The notes below the pieces were generated by a model, which was not told the origin of the DNA, searched no databases, and saw only the letters and a list, made by a program, of their open reading frames with translations. A stretch of DNA of 64,000 nucleotides from Eledone cirrhosa. Taxonomy: Eukaryota. The position numbers and the translations under genes are program-made. Of this stretch, positions 1-11,248 are shown in pieces. Numbering within the stretch: position 1 is the stretch's first letter; the number at the start of each line of letters is the position of its first letter. The stretch is from the NCBI GenBank assembly GCA_964016885.1, contig OZ024741.1:261020001-261084000 (forward strand), given 5' to 3'.

Positions 1-2582
1 CGAGTGTTTCGACTTATGGGTGTTTCGACTTACGAGTGTTTTTACTTACGGTGTTTCGGCTTACGAGTGTTTCGACATACGAGTGTTTTGACTTACGGGT
101 GTTTCGGCTTACGAGTGTTTCGACTTACGAGTGTTTCGGCTTACGAGTGTTTCGACTTACTAATGTTTTTACTTACGAGTGTTTCGGCGTACGAGAGTTT
201 TGACTTACGAGTGTTTCGACTTACGAGTGTTTTGACTTACGAATGTTTTGACTTACGGGTGTTTCGGCTTATGAGTGTTTCGACTTACGATTCTTTCGGC
301 TTACGAGTGTTTCGACTTACTAATGTTTTTACTTACGAGTGTTTCGGCGTACGAGTGTTTCGACTTACGAGTGTTTCGACTTACGGGTGTTTTGACTTAC
401 GGGTGTTTCGGCTTACGAGTGTTTCGAATTACGAGTGTTTTGACTTAAGGGTATTTCGACTTACGAGTATTTTTGGCTTACGAGTGTTTCAACTTACGAG
501 TGTTTCGACTTACGAGTGTTTCGGCTTACGATTGTTTCGACTTACGAGTGTTTCGGTTTACGAGTGTTTCGACTTACGGGTGTTTTGACATACGATTGTT
601 TGGGCTTACGAATGTTTCGACTTACGAGTGTTTCGACTTACGAGTGTTTTGACTTATGGTGTTTCGGCTTACGAGTGTTTTGACTTACGAGTGTTTTGAC
701 TTACGGGTGTTTTGACATACGATTGTTTCGATACGAGTGTTCTGACTTACGAGTGTTCTGACTTACGAGTGGTCTGACTTACGGGTGTTCTGACTTACGA
801 GTGTTCCGACTTACGAGTGTTTCGACTTACGAATGTTTTGGCTTACGAGTGTTTCGGCTTACGAGTGTTTCGGCTTACGAGTGTTTCGGCTTACGAGTGT
901 TTCGACATACGAGTGTTTTGACTTACGGGTGTTTCGACTTACGGGTGTTTCGACGTAAGATTGCTCTGACTTACGAGTGTTCTGAATTACGGGTGTTCTG
1001 ACTTACGTGTGTTCCGACTTACGAGTGTTTCGGTTATGGGTGTTTCGACTTACGAGTGTTTCGACTTACGAATGTTTTGGCTTACGAGTGTTTCGGCTTA
1101 CGAATGTTTCGACTTACGAATGTTTTGGCTTACGAGTGTTTCGGCTTACGGGTGTTTCGACTTACGAGTGTTTTGACTTACGAGTGTTTTGACTTACGGT
1201 GTTTCGGCTTACGATTTATTCGACATACGAGTGTTTCGACTTACGGGTGTTTCGACTTACGGGTGTTTCGACTTACGAGTGTTTCGACTTATGAGTGTTT
1301 CGACTTACGAGTGTTCTGACTTACGAGTGTTCTGACTTACGAGTGTTCCAACTTACGAGTGTTTCGGTTTACGAGTGATTCGACATACGAGTGTTTTGAC
1401 TTACGGGTGTTTCGACTTACGGGTGTTTCGACTTACGAATGTTTCGGCTTACGAGTGTTTCGACTTACTAATGTTTTTACTTACGAGTGTTTCGGTGTAC
1501 GAGTGTTTCGACTTAAGGATGTTTCGACTTACGAGTGTTTCGACTTACGTGTGTTTCGGCTTACGTGAGTTTCGACTTAAGAGTGTTCTGATTTACGAGT
1601 GTTTTGACTTGCGGGTGTTCTGATTTACGAGTGTTCCGACTTACGAGTGTTTCGGCTTATGAGTGTTTCGACTTACGAGTGTTTCGGCTTACGAGTGTTT
1701 CGACTTATGGGTGTTTCGACTTACGAGTGTTTTTACTTATGGTGTTTCGGCTTACGAGTGTTTCGACATACGAGTGTTCAGACTTACGAGTGTTCCGACT
1801 TACGAGTGTTTCAGCTTATGAGTGTTTCGACTTACGAGTGCTTCGGATTACGAGTGTTTCGACTTACGAGTGTTTCGGCTTACGAGTGTTTCGACTTACG
1901 AATGTTTTGACTTACGAGTGTTTCGGCTTACGAGTGTTTCGGCTTATGAGTGTTTCGACTTACGAGTGTTTTGACTTATGGTGTTTCGGCTTACGAGTGT
2001 TTCGACATACGAGTGTTTTGACTTACGGGTGTTTCGACTTACGGGTGTTTCGACGTAAGAGTGTTTCGACTTACGAGCGCTTCGACTTACGAGTGTTTCG
2101 ACTTACGAGTGTTTCGGCGTACGAGTGTTTTGAGTTACGTGTGTTTCGACTTACGAGTGCTTTGACTTACGAATGTTTTGAATTACTTCGACTTACGAGT
2201 GATCTGACTTACGAGTGTTCCTACTTACGAGTGTTTCGACTTACGAGTGTTTCGACTTGCGAGTGTTTCGACTTACGAGTGTTTCGACTTACGAGTGTTC
2301 TGACTTACGAGTGTTCTGACTTACGAGTGTTCTGACTTACGAGTGTTCCGACTTACGAGTGTTTCGACTTACGAGTGTTTTGACTTACGAATGTTCTGAC
2401 TTACGGGTGTTTCGTCTTACGAGTGTTTCGACTTACGAGTGTTTTAACTTACGGGTGTTTCGACTTACGCGTGTTTCGACTTACGAGTGTTTCGACTTAC
2501 GAGTGTTTCGACTTACGAATGTTCCGACTTACGAGTGTTTCTACTTACGAGTGTTTCGGCTTACGAGTGTTTCGACTTACGA

Positions 2583-2651
2583 AAATAACAAATAGACGCG
2601 GTTTCAAATATCTATGCTTTTCACATTCATTACATTAATCTTTATTTATAC
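2583..2651 (+). repeat. 69-bp AT-rich spacer, subtype A (copy 1 of 17)
   Basis: aaataacaaatagacgcggtttcaaatatctatgcttttcacattcattacattaatctttatttatac, lying between GACTTACGA and GTTTCGCTTTACG. Confidence 0.95.
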
Positions 2652-4987
2652 GTTTCGCTTTACGAGTGTTTCGGCGTACGAGTGTTTCGACTTACGAGTG
2701 TTTTAACTTACGGTTGTTTCGACTTACCCGTTTTTCGACTACGAATGTTCCGAATTACGAGTGTTTCGACTTACGAGTGTTTCGACTTACGAGTGCTTTG
2801 ACTTACGAATGTTTTGACTTACTTCGACTTACGAGTGATCTGACTTACGAGTGTTCCTACTTACGAGTGTTTCGACTTACGAGTGTTTCGACGTACGAAT
2901 GTTCTGGCATACGAGTGTTTCGGCTTATGAGTGTTTCGGCTTACGAGTGTTTCGACTTACGAGTGTTTCGGCTTACGAGTGTTTCAGTGTTTCGGCTTAC
3001 GTGTGTTTCGACTTACGAGTGTTTCGACTTACGACTGTTTCGGCTTACGAGTGTTTCGGCTTACGAGTGCTTCGGCTTACGAGTGTTTTGACTTACGAGT
3101 GTTTTGACTTACGATTGTTTGGCTTACGAGTGTTCTGACTTACGGGTGTTCTGACTTACGAGTGTTCCGACTTACGAGTGTTTCGGCTTATGAGGGTTTC
3201 GACTTACGAGTGCTTCGGCTTACGAGTGTTTCGACTTACGAGTGTTTCGGCTTACGAGTGTTTCGACTTCCGAGTGTTTTGACTTACGGTGTTTCGGCTT
3301 AGAGTGATTCGACTTACGAGTGTTTTGACTTACGGGTGATTTGACTTACGGGTGTTGTGAATTACGAGTGTTCCGATTTACGAGTGTTTTGACTTACGGT
3401 GTTTCGGCTTACGAGTGATTCGACTTACGAATGTTTTGACTTACGGTTGTTTCGGCTTGCGAGTGTTTCGACTTACGAGTGTTTCGGCTTATGGGTGTTT
3501 CGACTTACTAATGTTTTTACTTACGAGTGGTTCGGCGTACGAGTGTTTTGACTTACGAGTGTTTCGACTTACGAGTGTTTCGACTTACGAGTGTTTCGGC
3601 TTACGTGAGTTTCGACTTAAGAGTGTTCTGATTTACGAGTGTTCTGACTAGCGGGTGTTCTGATTTACGAGTGTTCCGACTTACGAGTGTTTCGGCTTAT
3701 TAGTGTTTCGACTTACGAGTGTTTCGGCTTACGAGTGTTTCGACTTATGGGTGTTTCGACTTACGAGTGTTTTTACTTACGGTGTTTCGGCTTACGAGTG
3801 TTTCGACATACGAGTGTTTTGACTTACGGGTGTTTCGACTTACGAGTGTTTCGACTTACGAATGTTTTGACTTACGGGTGTTTCGGCTTACGAGTGTTTC
3901 GACTTACGAGTGTTTCGGCTTACTAATGTTCTTACTTACGAGTGTTTCGGCGTACGAGAGTTTTGACTTACGAGTGTTTCGACTTACGAGTGTTTCGACT
4001 TACGAGTGTTTTGACTTACGAATGTTTTGACTTACGGGTGTTTCGGCTTACGAGTGTTTCGACTTACGAGTCTTTCGGCTTACGAGTGTTTCGACTTACT
4101 AATGTTTTTACTTACGAGTGTTTCGGCGTACGAGTGTTTCGACTTACGAGTGTTTCGATTTACGGGTGTTTTGACTTACGGGTGTTTCGGCTTACGCGTG
4201 TTTTGACTTACGAGTGTTTTGACTTAAGGGTGTTTCGACTTACGAGTATTTCTGGCTTACGAGTGTTTCGACTTACGAGTGTTTTGACTTACCAGTGTTC
4301 TGATTTACGGATGTTTCGACATACGAGTGTTTCGACTTACGAGTGTTTCGACTTATGAGTGTTTCGACTTACGAGTGTTTCGGCTTATGAGTGTTTCGAC
4401 TTACGAGTGCTTCGGCTTACGAGTGTTTCGACTTACGAGTATTTCGGCTTACGAGTGTTTCGACGTACGAATGTTTTGGCTTACGAGTGTTTCGGCTTAT
4501 GAGTGTTTCGGCTTACGAGTGTTTCGGCTTACGAGTGCTTCAGTGTTTCGGCTTACGTGTGTTTCGACTTACGAGTGTTTCGACTTACGACTGTTTCGGC
4601 TTACGAGTGTATCGGCTTACGAGTGTTTCGGCTTACGAGTGTTTTGACTTACGAGTGTTTTGACTTACGATTGTTTGGCTTACGAGTGTTCTGACTTACG
4701 GGTGTTCTGACTTACGAGTGTTCCGACTTACGAGTGTTTCGGCTTACGAGTGTTTCGGCTTACGAGTGTTTCGACTTATGAGTGTTTCGACTTACGGGTT
4801 TTTCGACTTACGAGTGGTTTGGCTTAAGGTGTTTCGGCTTACGAGTGTTTCGAGTTACGAGTGTTTTGACTTACGCGTGTTTTGACATACGAGTGTTTCG
4901 ATACGAGTGTTCTGACTTACGAGTGTTCCGACTTTACGAGTGTTTCGGCTCACGAGTGTTTCGGCTTACGAGTGTTTCGACTTACGA

Positions 4988-5054
4988 AAATAACAAATAG
5001 ACGCGGTTTCAAATCTCTGATTTTCAAATTCATTACATTAATCGTTATTTATAC
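4988..5054 (+). repeat. 67-bp spacer, subtype B with 2-bp deletion
   Basis: caaatctctgattttcaaattc; same junctions. Confidence 0.95.
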
Positions 5055-8000
5055 GTTTCGCTTTACGAGCGTTTCGACTTACGAGTGTTTCGACATACGA
5101 GTGTTTCGACTTCCGAATGTTTTTGCTTACGGGTGTTTCGACTTACGAATGTTTCGGCTTACGAGTGTTTCCGGCTTACGAGTGTTTCGACTTACGAGTG
5201 TTTCGACTTTCGAGTGTTTTGAAATACGGTGTTTCGGCTTACGAGTGATTCGACTTACGAGTGTTTTGACTTACGGGTGTTCCGACTTACGAGTGTTTCG
5301 GTTTACGAGTGTTTCGACATACGAGTGTTTTGACTTACGGGTGTTTCGACTTACGGGTGTTTCGACTTACGAGTGTTTCGGCTTACGAGAGTTTCGACTT
5401 ACTAATGTTTTTACTTACGAGTGTTTCGGTGTACGAATGTTTTGACTTAAGGATGTTTCGACTTACGAGTGTTTTGACTTACGGTGTTTCGGCTTACGAG
5501 TGATTCGACTTACGAGTGTTTTGACTTACGGGTGTTTTGACTTACGGGTGTTGTGAATTACCAGTGTTCCGATTTACGAGTGTTTTGACTTACGGTGTTT
5601 CGGCTTGCGAGTGTTTCGACTTACGAGTGTTTCGGCTTATGAGTGTTTCGACTTACTAATGTTTTTACTTACGAGTGTTTCGGCGTTCGAGTGTTTTGAC
5701 TTACGAGTGTTTCGACTTACGAGTGTTTTGACTTACGAATGTTTTTACTTACGGGTGTTTCGGCTTACGGGTGTTTCGACTTACGAGTGTTCTGACTTAC
5801 GAGTGTTCTGACTTACGAGTGTTCTGACTTACGAGTGTTCCGACTTACGAGTGTTTCGGTTTACGAGTGTTTCGACATACGAGTGTTTTGACTTACGGGT
5901 GTTTCGACTTACGGGTGTTTCGACTTACGAGTGTTTCGGCTTACGAGAGTTTCGACTTACTAATGTTTTTACTTACGAGTGTTTCGGTGTACGAATGTTT
6001 TGACTTAAGGATGTTTCGACTTACGAGTGTTTCGACTTACGAGTGTTTCGGCTTACGTGAGTTTCGACTTAAGAGTGTTCTAATTTACGAGTGTTCTGAC
6101 TTGCGGGTGTTCTGATTTACGAGTGTTCCGACTTACGAGTGTTTCGGCTTATGAGTGTTTCGACTTACGAGTGTTTCGGCTTACGAGTGTTTCGACTTAT
6201 GGGTGTTTCGACTTACGAGTGTTTTTACTTACAGTGTTTCGGCTTACGAGTGTTTCGACATACGAGTGTTTTGACTTACGGGTGTTTCGGCTTAAGAGTG
6301 TTTCGACTTACGAGTGTTTCGGCTTACGAGTGTTTCGATTACTAATGTTTTTACTTACGAGTGTTTCGGCGTACGAGAGTTTTGACTTACGAGTGTTTCG
6401 ACTTACGAGTGTTTTGACTTACGAATGTTTTGACTTACGGGTGTTTCGGCTTATGAGTGTTTCGACTTACGAGTCTTTCGGCTTACGAGTGTTTCGACTT
6501 ACTAATGTTTTTACTTACGAGTGTTTCGGCGTACGAGTGTTTCGACTTACGAGTGTTTCGACTTACGGGTGTTTTGACTTACGGGTGTTTCGGCTTACGA
6601 GTGTTTCGACTTACGAGTGTTTTGACTTAAGGGTGTTTCGACTTACGAGTATTTTTGGCTTACGAGTGTTTCGACTTACGAGTGTTTCGACTTACGAGTG
6701 TTTCGGCTTACGATTGTTTCGATTTACGAGTGTTTCGGTTTACGAGTGTTTCGACTTACGGGTGTTTTGACATACGATTGTTTGGGCTTACGAATGTTTC
6801 GACTTACGAGTGTTTCGACTTACGAGTGTTTTGACTTATGGTGTTTCGGCTTACGAGTGTTTTGACTTACGAGTGTTTTGACTTACGGGTGTCTTGACAT
6901 ACGATTGTTTCGATACGAGTGTTCTGACTTACGAGTGTTCTGACTTACGAGTGGTCTGACTTACGGGTGTTCTGACTTACGAGTGTTCCGACATACGAGT
7001 GTTTCGACTTACGAATGTTTTGGCTTACGAGTGTTTCGGCTTACGAGTGTTTCGGCTTATGAGTGTTTCGACTTACGAGTGTTTTGACTTATGGTGTTTC
7101 GGCTTACGAGTGTTTCGACATACGAGTGTTTTGACTTACGAGTGTTCTGACTTACGAGTGTTCTGACTTACGAGTGTTCTGACTTACGGGTGTTCTGACT
7201 TACGTGAGTTCCGACTTACGAGTGTTTCGGTTATGGGTGTTTCGACTTACGAGTGTTTCGACTTACGAATGTTTTGGCTTACGAGTGTTTCGGCTTACGA
7301 ATGTTTCGACTTACGAATGTTTTGGCTTACGAGTGTTTCGGCTTACGGGTGTTTCGACTTACGAGTGTTTTGACTTACGAGTGTTTTGACTTACGGTGTT
7401 TCGGCTTACGATTTATTCGACATACGAGTGTTTCGACTTACGGGTGTTTCGACTTACGGGTGTTTCGACTTACGAGTGTTTCGACTTATGAGTGTTTCGA
7501 CTTACGAGTGTTCTGACTTACGAGTGTTCTAACTTACGAGTGTTCCGACTTACGAGTGTTTCGGTTTACGAGTGATTCGACATACGAGTGTTTTGACTTA
7601 CGGGTGTTTCGACTTACGGGTGTTTCGACTTACGAATGTTTCGGCTTACGAGTGTTTCGACTTACTAATGTTTTTACTTACGAGTGTTTCGGTGTACGAG
7701 TGTTTCGACTTAAGGATGTTTCGACTTACGAGTGTTTCGACTTACGTGTGTTTCGGCTTACGTGAGTTTCGACTTAAGAGTGTTCTGATTTACGAGTGTT
7801 CTGACTTGCGGGTGTTCTGATTTACGAGTGTTCCGACTTACGAGTGTTTCGGCTCATGAGTGTTTCGACTTACGAGTGTTTCGGCTTACGAGTGTTTCGA
7901 CTTATGGGTGTTTCGACTTACGAGTGTTTTTACTTATGGTGTTTCGGCTTACGAGTGTTTCGACATACGAGTGTTCAGACTTACGAGTGTTCCGACTTAC

Positions 8001-8779
8001 GAGTGTTTCAGCTTATGAGTGTTTCGACTTACGAGTGCTTCGGATTACGAGTGTTTCGACTTACGAGTGTTTAGGCTTACGAGTGTTTCGACTTACGAAT
8101 ATTTTGGCTTACGAGTGTTTCGGCTTACGAGTGTTTCGGCTTATGAGTGTTTCGACTTACGAGTGTTTTGACTTATGGTGTTTCGGCTTACGAGTGTTTC
8201 GACATACGAGTGTTTTGACTTACGGGTGTTTCGACTTACGGGTGTTTCGACGTAAGAGTGTTTCGACTTACGAGCGCTTCGACTTACGAGTGTTTCGACT
8301 TACGAGTGTTTCGGCGTACGAGTGTTTTGAGTTACGAGTGTTTCGACTTACGAGTGCTTTGACTTACGAATGTCTTGAATTACTTCGACTTACGAGTGAT
8401 CTGACTTACGAGTGTTCCTACTTACGAGTGTTTCGACTTACGAGTGTTTCGACTTGCGAGTGTTTCGACTTACGAGTGTTTCGACTTACGAGTGTTCTGA
8501 CTTACGAGTGTTCTGACTTACGAGTGTTCTGACTTACGAGTGTTCCGACTTACGAGTGTTTCGACTTACGAGTGTTTTGACTTACGAATGTTCTGACTTA
8601 CGGGTGTTTCGTCTTACGAGTGTTTCGACTTACGAGTGTTTTAACTTACGGGTGTTTCGACTTTCGCGTGTTTCGACTTACGAGTGTTTCGACTTACGAG
8701 TGTTTCGACTTACGAATGTTCCGACTTACGAGTGTTTCTACTTACGAGTGTTTCGGCTTACGAGTGTTTCGACTTACGA

Positions 8780-8848
8780 AAATAACAAATAGACGCGGTT
8801 TCAAATATCTATGCTTTTCAAATTCATTACATTAATCTTTATTTACAC
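8780..8848 (+). repeat. 69-bp spacer, subtype A
   Basis: caaatatctatgcttttcaaattc; ends tttacac. Confidence 0.95.
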
Positions 8849-9497
8849 GTTTCGCTTTACGAGTGTTTCGACGTACGAGTGTTTCGACTTACGAGTGTTT
8901 TAACTTACGGTTGTTTCGACTTACGCGTTTTTAGACTACGAATGTTCCGACTTACGAGTGTTTCGACTTACGAGTGTTTCGACTTACGAGTGCTTTGACT
9001 TACGAATGTTTTGACTTACTTCGACTTACGAGTGATCTGACTTACGAGTGTTCCTACTTACGAGTGTTTCGACTTACGAGTGTTTCGACTTGCGAGTGTT
9101 TCGACTTACGAGTGCTTCGGCTTACGAGTGTTTCGGTGTTTCGGCTTACCTGTGTTTCGACTTACGAGTGTTTCGACTTACGAGTGTTTCGGCTTATGAG
9201 TGTTTCGACTTACGAGTGCTTCGGCTTACGAGTGTTTCGACTTACGAGTATTTCGGCTTACGAGTGTTTCCACGTACAAATGTTTTGGCTTACGAGTGTT
9301 TCGGCTTATGAGTGTTTCGACTTACGAGTGTTTCGACTTACGAGTGTTTCGGCTTACGAGTGTTTCGACTTACGAGTGTTTCGGCTTACGAGTGTTTCAG
9401 TGTTTCGGCTTACGTGTGTTTCGACTTACGAGTGTTTCGACTTACGACTGTTTCGGCTTACGAGTGTTTCGGCTTACGAGTGTTTCGGCTTATATAT

Positions 9498-9575
9498 AAA
9501 CGTTTCTATTTCCATCGTTTTATCGTAAACGTTTATATATTTCTATCGTTATATCATAACGTTTATATTTCCGTC
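9498..9575 (+). repeat. Degenerate ~30-bp tandem repeat (about 2.6 units) at the left end of the island
   Basis: Units read aaacgtttctatttccatcgttttatcgt / aaacgtttatatatttctatcgttatatca / taacgtttatatttccgtc. Also present in copies 2 and 3. Confidence 0.75.
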
Positions 9576-9752
9576 ACTAATCTCTTTTTCTCCTTTTCCG
9601 TTTTAATATATATTTATTTCAAAGATTTCACCGTACAGATAACATATATATTTATACATGCATAAAAGACACACCGAGAGACGGTGAAAATGTGGTGCCA
9701 AAAACATTTCTCATCCAAATCTCAACAATATCAGTATATACACTAGATTTGC

Positions 9753-9787
9753 TAGCAGAAAACCGCCCACCGGGTGGTTTTCTGCTA
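9753..9787. repeat. 35-nt inverted repeat/hairpin TAGCAGAAAACCGCCC-ACC-GGGTGGTTTTCTGCTA
   Basis: 16-bp stem with one G:T pair and a 3-nt loop, verified by reverse complement. Confidence 0.95.
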
Positions 9788-9803
9788 TTCTATATATATA
9801 AAA

Positions 9804-9910
9804 CTGAGGATGTCTGTCTGTGTGTGAGTTTGAATCCCTAAAACTCGAGAACCACCCAACCGACTGTTTTCAAACTTTACACATGTAATAATTATGTTTC
9901 AGGGAGTGTT
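9804..9910 (+). repeat. Island module A1 (ctgaggatgtctgt...cagggagtgtt), a diverged direct repeat of A2
   Basis: Aligns by eye with 10161-10275, with multiple substitutions and a different (GT)n length. Confidence 0.9.
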
Positions 9911-9929
9911 CTGAGCAAAGAATATTTCA

Positions 9930-10090
9930 AATTTTCAATGCCGTAGGGACCACATTAGGCGATTTAGCGATCTCTCTCTATAATTCTTAGTCTTTCTCTT
10001 TTTAGATAGAATTTTCAATGTCGTAGGGACCACATTAGGCGATTTAGCGATCTCTCTCTATAATTCTTAGTCTTTCTCTTTTTAGATAGA
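9930..10090 (+). repeat. 2 x 80-bp near-perfect tandem duplication inside the island (also 18173-18333 and 33822-33982)
   Basis: aattttcaatgYcgtagggaccacattaggcg...tttttagatag occurs at 9930 and 10010 with one mismatch (C9941/T10021). Confidence 0.95.
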
Positions 10091-10160
10091 TACATACATA
10101 TGACGTCGTGCCCTTATAATATCTGTCTGTATGTCTTGCTGTCTGCATTACGTCACTTCC

Positions 10161-10275
10161 CTGAGGATGTCTGTGTGTGTGTGTGTCTGTGAGTTTGAAT
10201 CCCTAAAATGCGAGAAGTACCCAACCGATTTTTTTCAAACTTTACATGTGTATTACTTATGTGTCAGGGAGTGTT
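10161..10275 (+). repeat. Island module A2 with (TG)7 microsatellite, a diverged direct repeat of A1
   Basis: ctgaggatgtc(tg)7tctgtgagtttgaatccctaaaa...cccaaccga...ttcaaactttaca...tcagggagtgtt. Confidence 0.9.
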
Positions 10276-11179
10276 TGTTATGCACATAAAATTCAACCTT
10301 TTGATCTGGTGTTTTGACTTACGAGTGTTTCGATACGAGTGTTTCGACTTACGAGTGTTCTGACTTACGAGTGTTCTGACTTACGAGCGTTCTGACTTAC
10401 GAGTGTTCCGACTTACGTGTGTTTCGGCTTACGAGTGTTTCGACTTACGAGTGTTCTGACTTACGAGTGTTTCGACTTACGAGCGTTCCGACTTACGAGT
10501 GTTTCGACTTACGAGTGTTTCGACTTACGAGTGTTTCGACTTACGAGTGTTTTGACTTACGGGTGTTTCGACTTACGAGTGTTTCGACTTACGAGTGTTT
10601 TAACTTACGCGTGTTTCGACTTACACGTGTTTCGACTTGCGAGTGTTTCGACTTACGAGTATTTCGACTTACGAGTGTTTCGACTTACGAGTGTTTTGAC
10701 TTACGGTGTTTCGGCTTACGAGTGTTTCGACATACGATTGTTTCGGCGTACGAGTGTTTTGACTTACGAGTGTTTCGACTTACGAGTGCTTTGACTTACG
10801 AATGTTTTGAATTACTTCGACTTACGAGTGATCTGACTTTCGAGTGTTCCTACTTACGAGTGTTTCGACATACGAGTGTTTCGACTTGCGAGTGTTTCGA
10901 CTTACGAGTGTTTCGACTTACGAGTGTTCTGACTTACGAGTGTTCTGACTTACGATTGTTCCGACTTACGAGTGTTTTGACTTACGAATGTTCTGACTTA
11001 CGGGTGTTTCGCCTTACGAGTGTTTCGACTTACGAGTGTTTTAACTTACGGGTGTTTCGACTTACGCGTGTTTCGACTTACGAGTGTTTCGACTCACGAG
11101 TGTTTCGACTTACGAATGTTCCGACTTACGAGTGTTTCTACTTACGAGTTTTTCGGCTTACGAGTGTTTCGACTTACGA

Positions 11180-11248
11180 AAATAACAAATAGACGCGGTT
11201 TCAAATATCTATGCTTTTCACATTCATTACATTAATCTTTATTTATAC
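11180..11248 (+). repeat. 69-bp spacer, subtype A
   Basis: Same as 2583-2651. Confidence 0.95.

Larger units (their letters stand above)
9493..10307 (+). mobile_element. 815-bp non-satellite island, copy 1; contains a putative non-autonomous Helitron/Helentron (HINE/DINE-like) fragment
   Basis: AT-rich sequence with CTAG motifs at 9743 and 9752, a hairpin at 9753-9787, then TCTATATATATAAAA (9789), a (GTCT/GT)n microsatellite and a 'ctcgagaaccacccaaccga...ttcaaactttacac' block. This order matches recalled non-autonomous Helitron/HINE termini. No Rep/helicase ORF is present. Confidence 0.6.

Noticed and set aside
2583-2651. 69-bp spacer as an independently transposing MITE (AAATAA...TTATTT ends, possible TACG duplication)
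   Set aside because: A 6-bp inverted match in AT-rich DNA is not significant, and identical junctions and flanking variants indicate co-amplification of one event.
9312-9665. ORF with a hydrophobic Phe/Ile/Tyr-rich tail resembling a membrane protein
   Set aside because: It is satellite read-through into AT-rich low-complexity island sequence and is truncated by a stop in copy 3.
9626-9689. 9-bp inverted repeat TTTCACCGT...ACGGTGAAA
   Set aside because: It is short, has no target-site duplication, and no function can be supported from the sequence alone.
9753-9790. Rho-independent terminator
   Set aside because: There is no upstream gene and no U-tract after the stem, and the context is eukaryote-like (microsatellites, satellite DNA). 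A transposon terminal hairpin fits better.
10100-10160. CRE/ETS-like motifs (TGACGTC, TTACGTCACTTCC) as a promoter
   Set aside because: These are short motifs, one is mutated in copy 2, and there is no associated gene or transcript evidence.
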